DNA of 64,000 nucleotides from a virus: positions 95,665 through 159,664 of the IMG/VR virus record IMGVR_UViG_3300017971_000201; one strand, written 5' to 3'. Below the pieces are notes generated by a model. It did not search any database. It was not told the origin of the DNA and was given only the letters and a program-made list of their open reading frames with translations. A program made the translations under genes and the position numbers. Every line of letters starts with the position of its first letter. Within the stretch, counting starts at the first letter, position 1. Below are positions 1-9,060 of this stretch, in pieces.

Positions 1-3
1 ACC

Positions 4-933
4 ATGAGCGAGCTGGAAATCGGTACCGAGGTCTACTGGCACGACAAGAACGGCGTCCGCCAGCGCGGCCGGGTCTGCGCTGACGGCGCCTCTCAGGTGG
101 TCCGGCCCTACGACGCGATCGGCCGGCTCCAGCTCGAGAAGCACGTGCCCGTCAGCCCGCTCATGAAACTCGCGTCAGGTGTCGATCAGCTGGCGGAACT
201 GGCTCCGATCGTCATGCACCTGTCCCACCTGATCGAGCAGTACGAGGGTGGCCGTGGCGCCCCCAAGTCGACCTACTGCGGCGACTGGAAGATCGACATC
301 AGCACCAGGCCGTGGACGCTCCACAGTCCGAAGACCACCGTGGACCCGGTTCGCGTGCACCAGCGCGGGCTCTGCTCCGACGAGCTGTGGAAGAATCTGA
401 TCGAGGACACCGCGCTGGCCCTGGACCGCAGCGACCGCAGCGAGCCGCTCGCGGACCGCGAGCTGCCGGACGAAGCCTACGAGAAGGCCGCCGAGCTGAA
501 GCTGTGCCGTCGCTGCTTCCGCGCGGCGGTGATGGAGCGCACGTGGCCGCTCGAGCCGGCGCGGCTGTCCGAGGAGGCGCTACGCGAGTTCGTGCTCGGC
601 TTCCTCGACGGCAGCGTCTACTCGGATCGGCACATTCCGTCCTGGGAGATGGTGGCTCGGGCTGAATCCCCAGAAGAGATCCAGCGCGCGCAGGAGCGGT
701 GGGGACGGGACACCTCGATGGTCTTCATGTGCCTGATGCTCGGTCCGCCGCCGCCGAAGGACTACGCGGAGAAGGTCGCGGTCGTGTGGGAGTGGTTCAG
801 CAAGGCCGGCCCGCGCTCGATCAACGGAATGCCGGGGTTCTTCTCGCACCACTTCATGCACATCGACGACTGGAAGCGCGCGGCTCCCGCGATCGACCGG
901 GAGCTGGAGCGCCGGCGGGAGTTCGAGATCTAG
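4..933 (+). CDS. hypothetical protein; N-terminal SH3-like barrel followed by the shared tag motif (SGVDQLAELA) and unknown domains
   Basis: 309-aa ORF with phage-like codon usage; ELEIGTEVYW start resembles other SH3-like small genes in the window. Confidence 0.7.
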   Translation: MSELEIGTEVYWHDKNGVRQRGRVCADGASQVVRPYDAIGRLQLEKHVPVSPLMKLASGVDQLAELAPIVMHLSHLIEQYEGGRGAPKSTYCGDWKIDISTRPWTLHSPKTTVDPVRVHQRGLCSDELWKNLIEDTALALDRSDRSEPLADRELPDEAYEKAAELKLCRRCFRAAVMERTWPLEPARLSEEALREFVLGFLDGSVYSDRHIPSWEMVARAESPEEIQRAQERWGRDTSMVFMCLMLGPPPPKDYAEKVAVVWEWFSKAGPRSINGMPGFFSHHFMHIDDWKRAAPAIDRELERRREFEI

Positions 934-940
934 GAGAGCC

Positions 941-949
941 GGGTAGAAC
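941..949 (+). promoter_or_regulatory. GGGTAGAAC promoter box upstream of cas12
   Basis: Same motif precedes >20 gene starts in the window; AGGAGG RBS at 962-967 then GTG at 974. Confidence 0.65.
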
Positions 950-973
950 GTCGATGCGACCAGGAGGCGAAGC

Positions 974-2938
974 GTGGGAGCAGCGCGAAGACGAAACCCC
1001 AAGGTAGCCGCAGCCAGGAAAGGGAAGCCGCCGCCCAAGGCCACCGGCAACTGCCGGAACTACAGGTACGGCGCGCACGAGCCGATCGCCAATCTGGACA
1101 AGGTGCTCGATGAGATGCGCGGTGCTCACGACCTGCGCAACGTGCTGACGTGCATCAACCGAGCCCGAAGCGAGATGATCACGGCCGCGCTCGGCGAGCA
1201 CCAGTCGTACAAGAAAGCCACTGCTGATCTGGCGGCTCTGCACCAGCGGCGCGACAAACTGGAGGCGCAGATCCGGCAACAGAACAGCGCCAGCCGCAAA
1301 CGGCTGGGGCGACACTCCCCGCTGTCTTCGGAACTCGACACCGTTCGCAAGAGGATCGACGAGGGCAGGACCGCTCTCAAGAAACTCCGCAGGAAGCTCC
1401 TCAAGAAAGACCCCGCGCTGAAAGCGGTTGTCGAGGCCGCTGACGACATGGCGAAGAGGGAGACGACTCGCGCGGAAGATGCCTGCGGGCTCTACTGGTG
1501 CACCCGAAACGAGCAGACCGGCAAACGCGCCAAGCTGCGCCGCTTCAAGAAGTGGCGCGACAGCGAAGCGACCATCAGCGTTCAGATCCCAGGGGGGTTG
1601 ACCGTTGAGCAGCTGCTTGGCGGCGAGAACAACCAAGCGCGCCTGGAGCTGCGCCCGGAAGGCGTATGGGTCCAGGGGGCGAGGAAGCGCAAGGTCGAGC
1701 CGGCCGAGGCCGCGAGGAACAAACTCAGACTCGACGAAGACGGCTACCCCATGCGCAAGCTGGGGACCGCCATCCTGCATCTCCGGTGCATGTCAGACGA
1801 GGACGGCAAGCCGATTTGGGCCGAGGTGCCGATCACCTACCATCGCGAGATCCCCGCCGATGCCAAGATCAAGCGGTGCTACTTGCACCGATTCCGGGTC
1901 GGCAACCGCTACCACTGGTCTGTACGCTTCTCGCTGGAGCGGGGGAAGAAAGGCGACGACTCCTGGCTGCACCCGCGCGTCGCCACGACCGGCACGGCCG
2001 CGATCGACATCGGCTGGCGATGGTTCCCCGATCGCCTACGCGTCGCCGTGTGGGCCGGATCGGACGGAGCCGAGGGCGAGCTGTGCTTGCCCAAGTGGTG
2101 GCTGGACGAGATGTACTCCGTCCGGCTCGACCAGCGGGAGCGCGACGTGCTGTTCAACGAGATCGTATCCCTGGTCCTGCCGTGGTTCCGATCGCGGCGC
2201 GGGGAGCTGTCCGACTACGTCGTACAGGCGATCAAGACGATGCACTCGTGGCGCGACAAGGGAAGGCTGGCCGCGCTCTCCATGCGCTGGCGCGATGATC
2301 TGGCCGCCGATCCGGGCGCCAACCCGGCTCACGTCGCCATGTCCATCCGCCTGGAGGAGTGGCGTAAGCGCGACAAGCACATCTGGTGCGAGGAGGTGAA
2401 CCTCCGCAGCCAGCTCCAGGGCTCGCGCAAGGATCTCTACCGGCGATTTGCCGCGATGCTCACCAGCCGCTACGGCCGAATCGTGGTCGAGGAGTTTGAC
2501 CTGAGTGCGGTCCAGAAGCTCCCGCCGGCCTCGATCGATGACGGCACCTACTCCAGGGTCAAGAGGCACAAGGGAGACGCGGCGTGCTCGCACCTGGTCG
2601 GCGCGCTCAAGGATGCGGCGCGGCAGCTGGACAAGAAGAACCCGAAGTGGACGACCAAGCGGTGCCACGTCTGCGGGAAGACCGAGAGGAAGTGGGAGAA
2701 CCCCGGTGAGCTGGAGCACACGTGCAAGCACTGCGGAGTGCTCTGGGATCGGGACGTGAACGCGGCCCGGAACATTCTCGCCGCGAGCGGCGTGGCGGTT
2801 GACTGGACCCGGCCACCGCTCGCGCCAGCCGCCCGAATGACTTATCCACAGGTAGAGAACCGCGAGATGCGTCGATCGCGGCGCAGGAAGGAGGCGCTCG
2901 AAACGACGCGTGCAAGCGGTGATCGACAGACGGCTTAG
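974..2938 (+). CDS. cas12: type V CRISPR effector, Cas12m (V-U1)-like, RuvC triad intact
   Basis: 654 aa; RuvC-I AIDIGWR (D345), RuvC-II IVVEE (E506), Zn finger CHVC..CKHC, RuvC-III DRDVNAA (D594); N-terminal motifs GLYW, ISVQI, VPITYHREIPADA, KDLYRRFA recall Cas12m; array begins 10 nt after stop. Confidence 0.85.
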   Translation: MGAARRRNPKVAAARKGKPPPKATGNCRNYRYGAHEPIANLDKVLDEMRGAHDLRNVLTCINRARSEMITAALGEHQSYKKATADLAALHQRRDKLEAQIRQQNSASRKRLGRHSPLSSELDTVRKRIDEGRTALKKLRRKLLKKDPALKAVVEAADDMAKRETTRAEDACGLYWCTRNEQTGKRAKLRRFKKWRDSEATISVQIPGGLTVEQLLGGENNQARLELRPEGVWVQGARKRKVEPAEAARNKLRLDEDGYPMRKLGTAILHLRCMSDEDGKPIWAEVPITYHREIPADAKIKRCYLHRFRVGNRYHWSVRFSLERGKKGDDSWLHPRVATTGTAAIDIGWRWFPDRLRVAVWAGSDGAEGELCLPKWWLDEMYSVRLDQRERDVLFNEIVSLVLPWFRSRRGELSDYVVQAIKTMHSWRDKGRLAALSMRWRDDLAADPGANPAHVAMSIRLEEWRKRDKHIWCEEVNLRSQLQGSRKDLYRRFAAMLTSRYGRIVVEEFDLSAVQKLPPASIDDGTYSRVKRHKGDAACSHLVGALKDAARQLDKKNPKWTTKRCHVCGKTERKWENPGELEHTCKHCGVLWDRDVNAARNILAASGVAVDWTRPPLAPAARMTYPQVENREMRRSRRRKEALETTRASGDRQTA

Positions 2939-2948
2939 GAGAGATGCT

Positions 2949-3335
2949 CTCGCGGTCCCATCGGAACGGGTTGTGGTTCCGACAACGTGGACTGGGAACG
3001 CTTCTACAGAGCCTTCGCTCTCGCGGTCCCATCGGAACGGGTTGTGGTTCCGACACGCACCAGAGTCCCTTCCCGGCCCGCCGCGCTCCACTCGCGGTCC
3101 CATCGGAACGGGTTTGTGGTTCCGACACAGGTAAATGCAGGTCCCCAGGTGCTTGTGGCTCGCGGTCCCATCGGAACGGGTTGTGGTTCCGACACAGGTA
3201 AATGCAGGTCCCCAGGTGCTTGTGGCTCGCGGTCCCATCGGAACGGGTTGTGGTTCCGACGTAGCAGAAGTAGTCGCCGATCTCGACCTCCACCACGTCC
3301 TCGCGGTCCCATCGGAACGGGTTTGTGGTTCCGAC
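2949..3335 (+). CRISPR. CRISPR array, 6 repeats / 5 spacers
   Basis: Repeat CTCGCGGTCCCATCGGAACGGGTT(T)GTGGTTCCGAC at 2949, 3020, 3091, 3159, 3226, 3300 (35-36 bp); 3-prime hairpin TCGGAAC/GTTCCGA; spacers 36, 36, 32, 32, 39 bp; spacers 3 and 4 identical. Confidence 0.97.
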
Positions 3336-3410
3336 AGATTCATGTAGGCGGGCGGTAAGGCGGCTACCTCCGCATCGCCGCCGCCCGCTTCGGAACCCGC
3401 GCCCTGATGC

Positions 3411-3439
3411 AGAAAGGGCGACGACCGAAGTCGCCGCCC
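3411..3439 (-). terminator. intrinsic terminator of the capsid gene
   Basis: Minus strand GGGCGGCGAC-TTCG-GTCGTCGCCC-TTTCT, UUCG tetraloop, 30 nt after MCP stop. Confidence 0.8.
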
Positions 3440-3469
3440 CCTCCGCTGACAGCTGGTCTAGCCCGAGGG

Positions 3470-4903
3470 CTAGAGCAAATTGTCCACTTCCACGCGCGCG
3501 AAGAACTCCGCCCGGGTGAGCGTGATCTTGTGGCGCGTACGGACCGCGCGACGGAGGCTCAGGTCATTCGGGTCGATGAAGTTCGGGGTGATCTCCATCG
3601 GGATGTACGGGCTGTAGATGAGCCCGGTGTCGAGGATGCTCGGCCCCTGGTATCCCATGAGGATCTGGTTGGCCGGGAAGAGCGGATCGACGAAGATCAG
3701 CCACTTCCTCTTGAGCACGCCCTGCTTGAGGATCCCGCCCTGGTAGACGTGACCCTCCTCGACGGCCGAGAAGCCATCGATGTTGTCGAGGAGGCTGGCG
3801 ACCTCCGACGACGTGATCGCCCAGTTGCAGGGCGCCCGCTGCGTGCGACGGTGCACGATGTGGGAGGCGCGGGACATGCGGATCACGAGCGACTTGAGGT
3901 GCTCGGGATCGCTGACGCCCGAGGGCGTCGCCCGGTCCCACTTGACGACGGCGATCGGCTCGACGGCGTTGAGCGCGGTACCCGCGATCTCGCGGTCGAT
4001 CTCCGCCACCATCTCGTCGGACATCTGCGCGACCAGGTCGGCGTCGATGTCGCGACCCCACAGCGCGCGGAGGTCGTCCGCCGCCTCGACGCTGGCGAGG
4101 CTCTTGAGCTTGCGGCTCTCGGCCTCGATGCTCTTGATCTGGATGTCCAGCTGGACCTCCGGGATCCGAGCGTTCAGCTCGTTGTCGTAGCGGTACTCGA
4201 CCGTGATGACGTCACCGGACGCCGGCGCGGTGCCGAACGTGAGCGACATCTGGCCCGACGCGTAGTTGACCGTGCCAGCGCCGCCGGCCATCAGCGTGCC
4301 GGCGACGACGGTGAACGCGCCCGCGCCGTTGTCGGTCGCGTTGACGGTACCGTTCACCTTCACGACGACGGTGGCCTGCCGGGGGCGGGGCCACGCGAGG
4401 TTGCGGGAGAAGACGACCGTGCCGCCGTCGCCGGTCCCGAACGGCTCGCCGTCCACGAAGTTGGAGCTGTACCACTTGTTCAGCACCTTGTTCATCTCGG
4501 TCATGGCGGCGACGGAACCCTTGTCCGACGCGTACCGTGGCCGGTAGAACGCGATGCCGCCGATCGGGCCGGTCATCGGCTGGACCGACGCGATCTGCGT
4601 CGCGACCAGGCGGATGGCGGTCCTGCGGATGACGGGCAGGACGTACTTCATGAACGGCCCGACCGAGAGAGCGCGAGTCTCCTCGTTGAGCCGCTTGAGG
4701 TGACGAACCTCCTGCTCGATCATCAGGGCCGTCAGACCCCGCACGTAGTTGACGTGGGCCGGCGCGTAGCCCGGACCCATCTCCTCGTTGAGACCCCGGA
4801 GCATCTTGTGCCACTTGCGCACGTACCGGCTGACGGCCGGCTCGTCCGCGATGGCAGTCGACTCTCCGAGGTTCTCGGCTAACAGTCCTCGAGCCGTGAA
4901 CAT
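3470..4903 (-). CDS. major capsid protein, T4 gp23-like
   Basis: VQPMTGPIGGIAFYRPRY, AESRKLK, AEIDREI, GYQGPSILDTGLIYSPYIP motifs. Confidence 0.95.
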   Translation of the reverse strand: MFTARGLLAENLGESTAIADEPAVSRYVRKWHKMLRGLNEEMGPGYAPAHVNYVRGLTALMIEQEVRHLKRLNEETRALSVGPFMKYVLPVIRRTAIRLVATQIASVQPMTGPIGGIAFYRPRYASDKGSVAAMTEMNKVLNKWYSSNFVDGEPFGTGDGGTVVFSRNLAWPRPRQATVVVKVNGTVNATDNGAGAFTVVAGTLMAGGAGTVNYASGQMSLTFGTAPASGDVITVEYRYDNELNARIPEVQLDIQIKSIEAESRKLKSLASVEAADDLRALWGRDIDADLVAQMSDEMVAEIDREIAGTALNAVEPIAVVKWDRATPSGVSDPEHLKSLVIRMSRASHIVHRRTQRAPCNWAITSSEVASLLDNIDGFSAVEEGHVYQGGILKQGVLKRKWLIFVDPLFPANQILMGYQGPSILDTGLIYSPYIPMEITPNFIDPNDLSLRRAVRTRHKITLTRAEFFARVEVDNLL

Positions 4904-4915
4904 CGGCTACCTCCT

Positions 4916-7735
4916 CTAGTGCCGGTGCATCCGCCCGGCCAGTCGCTCTTGCTCGACCAGCGACGTCCCCAGGAACGCCAAGTCCTGGGATGCTGCGTCG
5001 CCGGCGAGAAGTTCTGCTTGTTCGCTCTCCTCGAACGCTCGCCGCTCGTCCTCGGTGATGTGCTCGCGGCCGGCGCTCATGGACCTGCGCACGCGCTCCA
5101 TGGGACCGCCGGGCTCCTGCGCCCGGATCTCCGACCGAGACGCGGCGGCGTCGATCTCCCTGGTGGAGGTCAGCTCGTCGTTGCGAACGTCCTCCATGAT
5201 CGACTCACGGTTCGGGTGACCGATCGTCCGGTCGCTCGCGTATGCCAGGAGCTTGGCCCTGGTGCCGGCCGTGACAGCCCGCTCGAGCATGTCGGCCTGC
5301 TCCTCGATCCGCGCCCGCGCGTCCCGGACCTCCTCGTCCTTGCTCTCGAGAGCGGACGTCAGACGCTCCTCCAGGGCCTCGAACCTCTTGGTGACCTCGG
5401 ACCGGTAGCGCTTCTCACGCGCCTCTGCCTGGGCGAGCGCGTACTCGGCCTCGGACGCCCTCTCCTCCGCGAGGCGGATCGCGGTCCCGGCCTCCTCGTT
5501 CGCGGCGGTCTTCGCCGACATCTGTGCTTCCTCGATCGAGGTCAGCGCTGACTCGACTCTTGTCTTCAGCTCCTCGGCGGTGTTGCACGCAGCGATGTCG
5601 CCGATCAGGTCGCGGACGCTCTCTCGATCCTCGCGTCCGCCGATCATCTGCTCCACGTAGAGCTGGAACGCCAGCTGGCGTGTCTTCTCCTCGACGTGCA
5701 CGACGCGAGACTCCGCGTCCTTGGCCTTCTGCTCCTGCTCGTCCGCTGCCCGGGACAGCTCCTCGATCTTGGCATCCTTCTCGTCCAAGACCTTCTTCTC
5801 GTCGGGCGACGGGGCGTAGGGGTTGACCATCTCGGCGATCTTCTTGAGCGCCAGCTTCGCGCCGGCCGTCTCGGGATCGCTCGCGAAGTCGCTGCGGACC
5901 TCCTCCTCGACCTTCGTGCGCATCTCGGCCAGCGCGCGGACGAGCTTGGCCGCGAAGTCCTCGCGCAGCTCGTCGATCGCCTTCTTGTAGATCTCCTCCT
6001 TTTGGGACTCGACCTCACCGTTGATCCGGTCGTCGGTGTCCTCGGCCGCAGTCTCCGAGGCCACCCGCATCGCGTGCTGCTCGATCACGCGAACCGCGTC
6101 CGGGAAGTGCTGGCGCAGCATCGTCTCGGTGACCTCCTTCGGGTCCACCACGAGCTTGCCGGTGGGCTTGCCCTCGCCGTCCGTGTCCTCGGAGATCACG
6201 GACGGATAGGCGTCGTGGCAGGCCGGATCGGCCACGAAGTCCCACGTGTTGAGCTTGAAGTCCTCGCCGACCATGTCCCAGCCCCGGGGGCCGGTGGACG
6301 TGGAGCCCATGCCCCGGCTGGACATGCCGATGGCCGCACCCCGCCGCAGGAACGCGGCGAGGTTGCGACCCGCGTCGGCCTCCTCGACGACCTCGAACTT
6401 GCCGTTGATCGTCCCGTCGTCCTCGATCCAGAGACCGCGAACGATGCAGCCGCCCTCCCGGATCCGGCTGTTGTGGTTGACGGTGAAGTCGCCCAGCAGG
6501 AACCGGCCGTCGCCGTCCAGCTCGAATCCGGCGTAGTCGCCAGTTCCGATGGACGTGACGATGAACCCGGTCCTGAGCGCATCCTTTCGCTGCTCGCGCG
6601 GCTCGGCCTTCTTGCGCTCCAGACGGGTCGGGATCTGCTCCACGTCGCCCCAGATGGTGAGCGTGTGGTAGTCGTCGCTGTAGCCCTGCACCTTGCGCGT
6701 GGAGAGCACGGCCTGGAGGCCGAGCGACTTGGCGATCCGGTGCGCGGCCTGCGCATAGTCGGCGCGCTTCTGGGTGATGTAGAAGCAGTTGTGCTGGAGA
6801 TGACCGTCGGTGTCGATCAGCCCAGCAAGGAACTGGAGACGGGTCTCGCGGCTCCCGCGCACAATCGCGGTCGGGATCTCCACGTTGGTACCCACCATGT
6901 CGCGCATCGCGCGCAGCAGCCGGTTGTCTTGGCCGCGACCGGCGGTCAGGTGGATCGTGACGGCCTCGGTCCCGGTGGTCTTGCGCCACTCGTTCGTGGA
7001 CAGCTCCCACCGTGCGGCGGTGTCCTCGCAGAGCTGCTTGATCTCGTCATCGATGGTCGTGATCGAGATGTCACCAATCCTGGGCGCACCGGCCTTGTTC
7101 TCGCGCAGGGTCTTGCCACCGTCACCGAACCAGACGCCGAGGAAGTAGGGATCGACCTTCGGTTCGGGCAGCTCGTCCTCGAACCGCTCGACGCCGGTGC
7201 TGAACAGCTTGTAGCGGCTCTTGTAGTAGATGCTCTTGTCGAGATAGTCCTCGACCGGGATGTCCACGATCTCGCCGCTGGACGTGTGAACCAGCGTCAG
7301 TACGTGCTTGTCGTTGCAGACCCACGGATCGCCCTTCGCCGGGTCGATCCGGTAGAGCTGGCCGGTGCCGGAGGTTGTCGCCAGCACCGTGCGCGCCTTG
7401 CCGTCCGGCCCCATGAGTCGGTCGCCAGCGACGATCTGCTCGACCGGGAGCACGCGACCGTCGGCCATGAGGACCGGAGTCCCCAGGCCGAGGCACTTGC
7501 CGTCCCCGGGATGGTCGACCGCGCCGATGACGCTCCCCTGCTCGATCCGGGGCTGGAGTCTTCCGATCTCCCTCTCCATGACCGAGCGGGGGTAGACGCG
7601 GTTGTTGGCCGTCGGCTTGTCCACGTGGCCGATCTTGCCTTCGACCACGAGCTTGCCACCGTCCCTCCCTTCGAGGATCTGCATCCTCATGGGCGGACCG
7701 TAGTGGTCGACCAGCACGCGCCTGTTCGTCGTCAT
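4916..7735 (-). CDS. prohead protease (T4 gp21-like) with intein, fused to long acidic coiled-coil scaffold region
   Basis: NNRVYP, GAVDHP, GMSSRGMGS, DFVADPA motifs; intein at aa 81-422; C-terminal about 400 aa helical and E/K/A-rich. Confidence 0.9.
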   Translation of the reverse strand: MTTNRRVLVDHYGPPMRMQILEGRDGGKLVVEGKIGHVDKPTANNRVYPRSVMEREIGRLQPRIEQGSVIGAVDHPGDGKCLGLGTPVLMADGRVLPVEQIVAGDRLMGPDGKARTVLATTSGTGQLYRIDPAKGDPWVCNDKHVLTLVHTSSGEIVDIPVEDYLDKSIYYKSRYKLFSTGVERFEDELPEPKVDPYFLGVWFGDGGKTLRENKAGAPRIGDISITTIDDEIKQLCEDTAARWELSTNEWRKTTGTEAVTIHLTAGRGQDNRLLRAMRDMVGTNVEIPTAIVRGSRETRLQFLAGLIDTDGHLQHNCFYITQKRADYAQAAHRIAKSLGLQAVLSTRKVQGYSDDYHTLTIWGDVEQIPTRLERKKAEPREQRKDALRTGFIVTSIGTGDYAGFELDGDGRFLLGDFTVNHNSRIREGGCIVRGLWIEDDGTINGKFEVVEEADAGRNLAAFLRRGAAIGMSSRGMGSTSTGPRGWDMVGEDFKLNTWDFVADPACHDAYPSVISEDTDGEGKPTGKLVVDPKEVTETMLRQHFPDAVRVIEQHAMRVASETAAEDTDDRINGEVESQKEEIYKKAIDELREDFAAKLVRALAEMRTKVEEEVRSDFASDPETAGAKLALKKIAEMVNPYAPSPDEKKVLDEKDAKIEELSRAADEQEQKAKDAESRVVHVEEKTRQLAFQLYVEQMIGGREDRESVRDLIGDIAACNTAEELKTRVESALTSIEEAQMSAKTAANEEAGTAIRLAEERASEAEYALAQAEAREKRYRSEVTKRFEALEERLTSALESKDEEVRDARARIEEQADMLERAVTAGTRAKLLAYASDRTIGHPNRESIMEDVRNDELTSTREIDAAASRSEIRAQEPGGPMERVRRSMSAGREHITEDERRAFEESEQAELLAGDAASQDLAFLGTSLVEQERLAGRMHRH
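6470..7495 (-). mobile_element. intein with LAGLIDADG homing endonuclease in the prohead protease (342 aa)
   Basis: Starts CLGLGTPVLMADG, ends FTVNHN with +1 Ser; YFLGVWFGDG and FLAGLIDTDG motifs. Confidence 0.93.
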
Positions 7736-7802
7736 CGGTGTCTCCGTAAGGCTGGATGGTTGGGTGAGTAATCTACCGGTTCAGCTGAGTGGGCCGGGTA
7801 GC

Positions 7803-9056
7803 CTACTCGATCCCCTTCATCGCCTCCATCGCGTCGTCCAGGTCTGCCGCGAGCGCCCGCAGGTCGTCGGCCGCGTCGTTGATGTCCGCCTCGCCCTCGG
7901 CGATCCGCTGGGCGACGGCCGCCGAGTCCTCGGCGATCGACTCGAGGTGCCGGCCCATCGCCACGCGGGGGTCGTCCTCCTTGTCCTCCTCGTCGAGCGT
8001 CTCGTCCTCGTTGACCTCCTCAGCGATCCGCTCGTAGAAGGTCGTGGACGTCTCGTAGATGCTCCTGAGACCGTCGATCAGCTCCTCGGCGGCCGAGTCG
8101 TCGCTCTGGACGGCCTCGCGCAGGTCGTTGAGGTTCTGGACCAGCTCGGAGATCGGGTTGCCCTGGGTCTCCACGTCGGCGGCCATCTTCTTGCCCTTGA
8201 TCCTGGCCTTGACGTCCATCGCCGTCACGCCCTGCTGCGCCTTGAGCCGCTTCTTGAGCGCCTTGCGCATCCTGGGGCTCGCCGACCGCATCTTCTTGCG
8301 GAACTCGGCCCTGGCCTGGGCGCCGGCCTTGAACTCGTGGCCGCCGATCATCATCCGACCACGCTTGGCTGCCTTGAAGGTCGACTTCTTCATCTTGCCG
8401 CGCTTGAGCAGCCGGCCCTTCTTGCGCCGGGCCTTCCTGAGCGCTCTCAGCGCACCGGCCCGCTTGGACGCCTCGTCGAGGACCCCGTCGGTGATGCACT
8501 CGTACGCCTCGATCACGCCGACCAGGTCGTCGTAGGACGGCGCGTCGTCGTCCTCGGTCATCGCCTGGAGGCCGTCGTAGAAGAACCCGAGCACCTCGGC
8601 GGCGGCCTCCATCTTGGGGTCGTCGATCTCCTCGTCCTCGTCCTTCTCCTCCTCGTCCTCGTCCTCGTCCTCGTCCTCTTCCTCGTCCACGCTCGACTCG
8701 AGCGCCTCGATGAAGACGTCCACGAACTCGTCGCTCTCGAGCGCCTCGTCGACCTGGTCCTCGTCCAGCTCGAGCGTCTCCATGAACTCGCCGACCGCCT
8801 CGAAGAACTCGTCCTCGTCGATCTCGATCTCCTCGTCCTCGTCCTCGGCGCGGACGTCGACCTCGGTCCTGGGAGTCTCATCGTCGTACTCCCGACCCTC
8901 GGTCTGCTCCTCCTGGCCCTCGTCCTCGTCCTCGTCCTCGTCGTCACCGCCCTTGGACGACGGGCAAGCATCGGCCTCGGCGAGAAGGTGGCCCATTCCG
9001 AGAGCCTGGAGATCCTCCTCGATCGTGGTCTGGGGTCCGTGGTCTCCCAGCATCAT
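7803..9056 (-). CDS. highly acidic prohead core/scaffold-like protein
   Basis: Position between portal and protease; D/E tracts flanking a K/R-rich central segment. Confidence 0.6.
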   Translation of the reverse strand: MMLGDHGPQTTIEEDLQALGMGHLLAEADACPSSKGGDDEDEDEDEGQEEQTEGREYDDETPRTEVDVRAEDEDEEIEIDEDEFFEAVGEFMETLELDEDQVDEALESDEFVDVFIEALESSVDEEEDEDEDEDEEEKDEDEEIDDPKMEAAAEVLGFFYDGLQAMTEDDDAPSYDDLVGVIEAYECITDGVLDEASKRAGALRALRKARRKKGRLLKRGKMKKSTFKAAKRGRMMIGGHEFKAGAQARAEFRKKMRSASPRMRKALKKRLKAQQGVTAMDVKARIKGKKMAADVETQGNPISELVQNLNDLREAVQSDDSAAEELIDGLRSIYETSTTFYERIAEEVNEDETLDEEDKEDDPRVAMGRHLESIAEDSAAVAQRIAEGEADINDAADDLRALAADLDDAMEAMKGIE

Positions 9057-9060
9057 GGTC

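Noticed and set aside
974-2938. IS200/IS605 TnpB transposon
   Set aside because: No TnpA or IS ends seen; the protein is larger than typical TnpB and is followed by a true CRISPR array
2036-3358. ORFs spanning the CRISPR array
   Set aside because: Their repeated peptides are translations of the repeats
4541-4550. GGTAGAAC inside the capsid gene
   Set aside because: Antisense to the MCP, explained by Phe-Tyr codons, and no downstream gene
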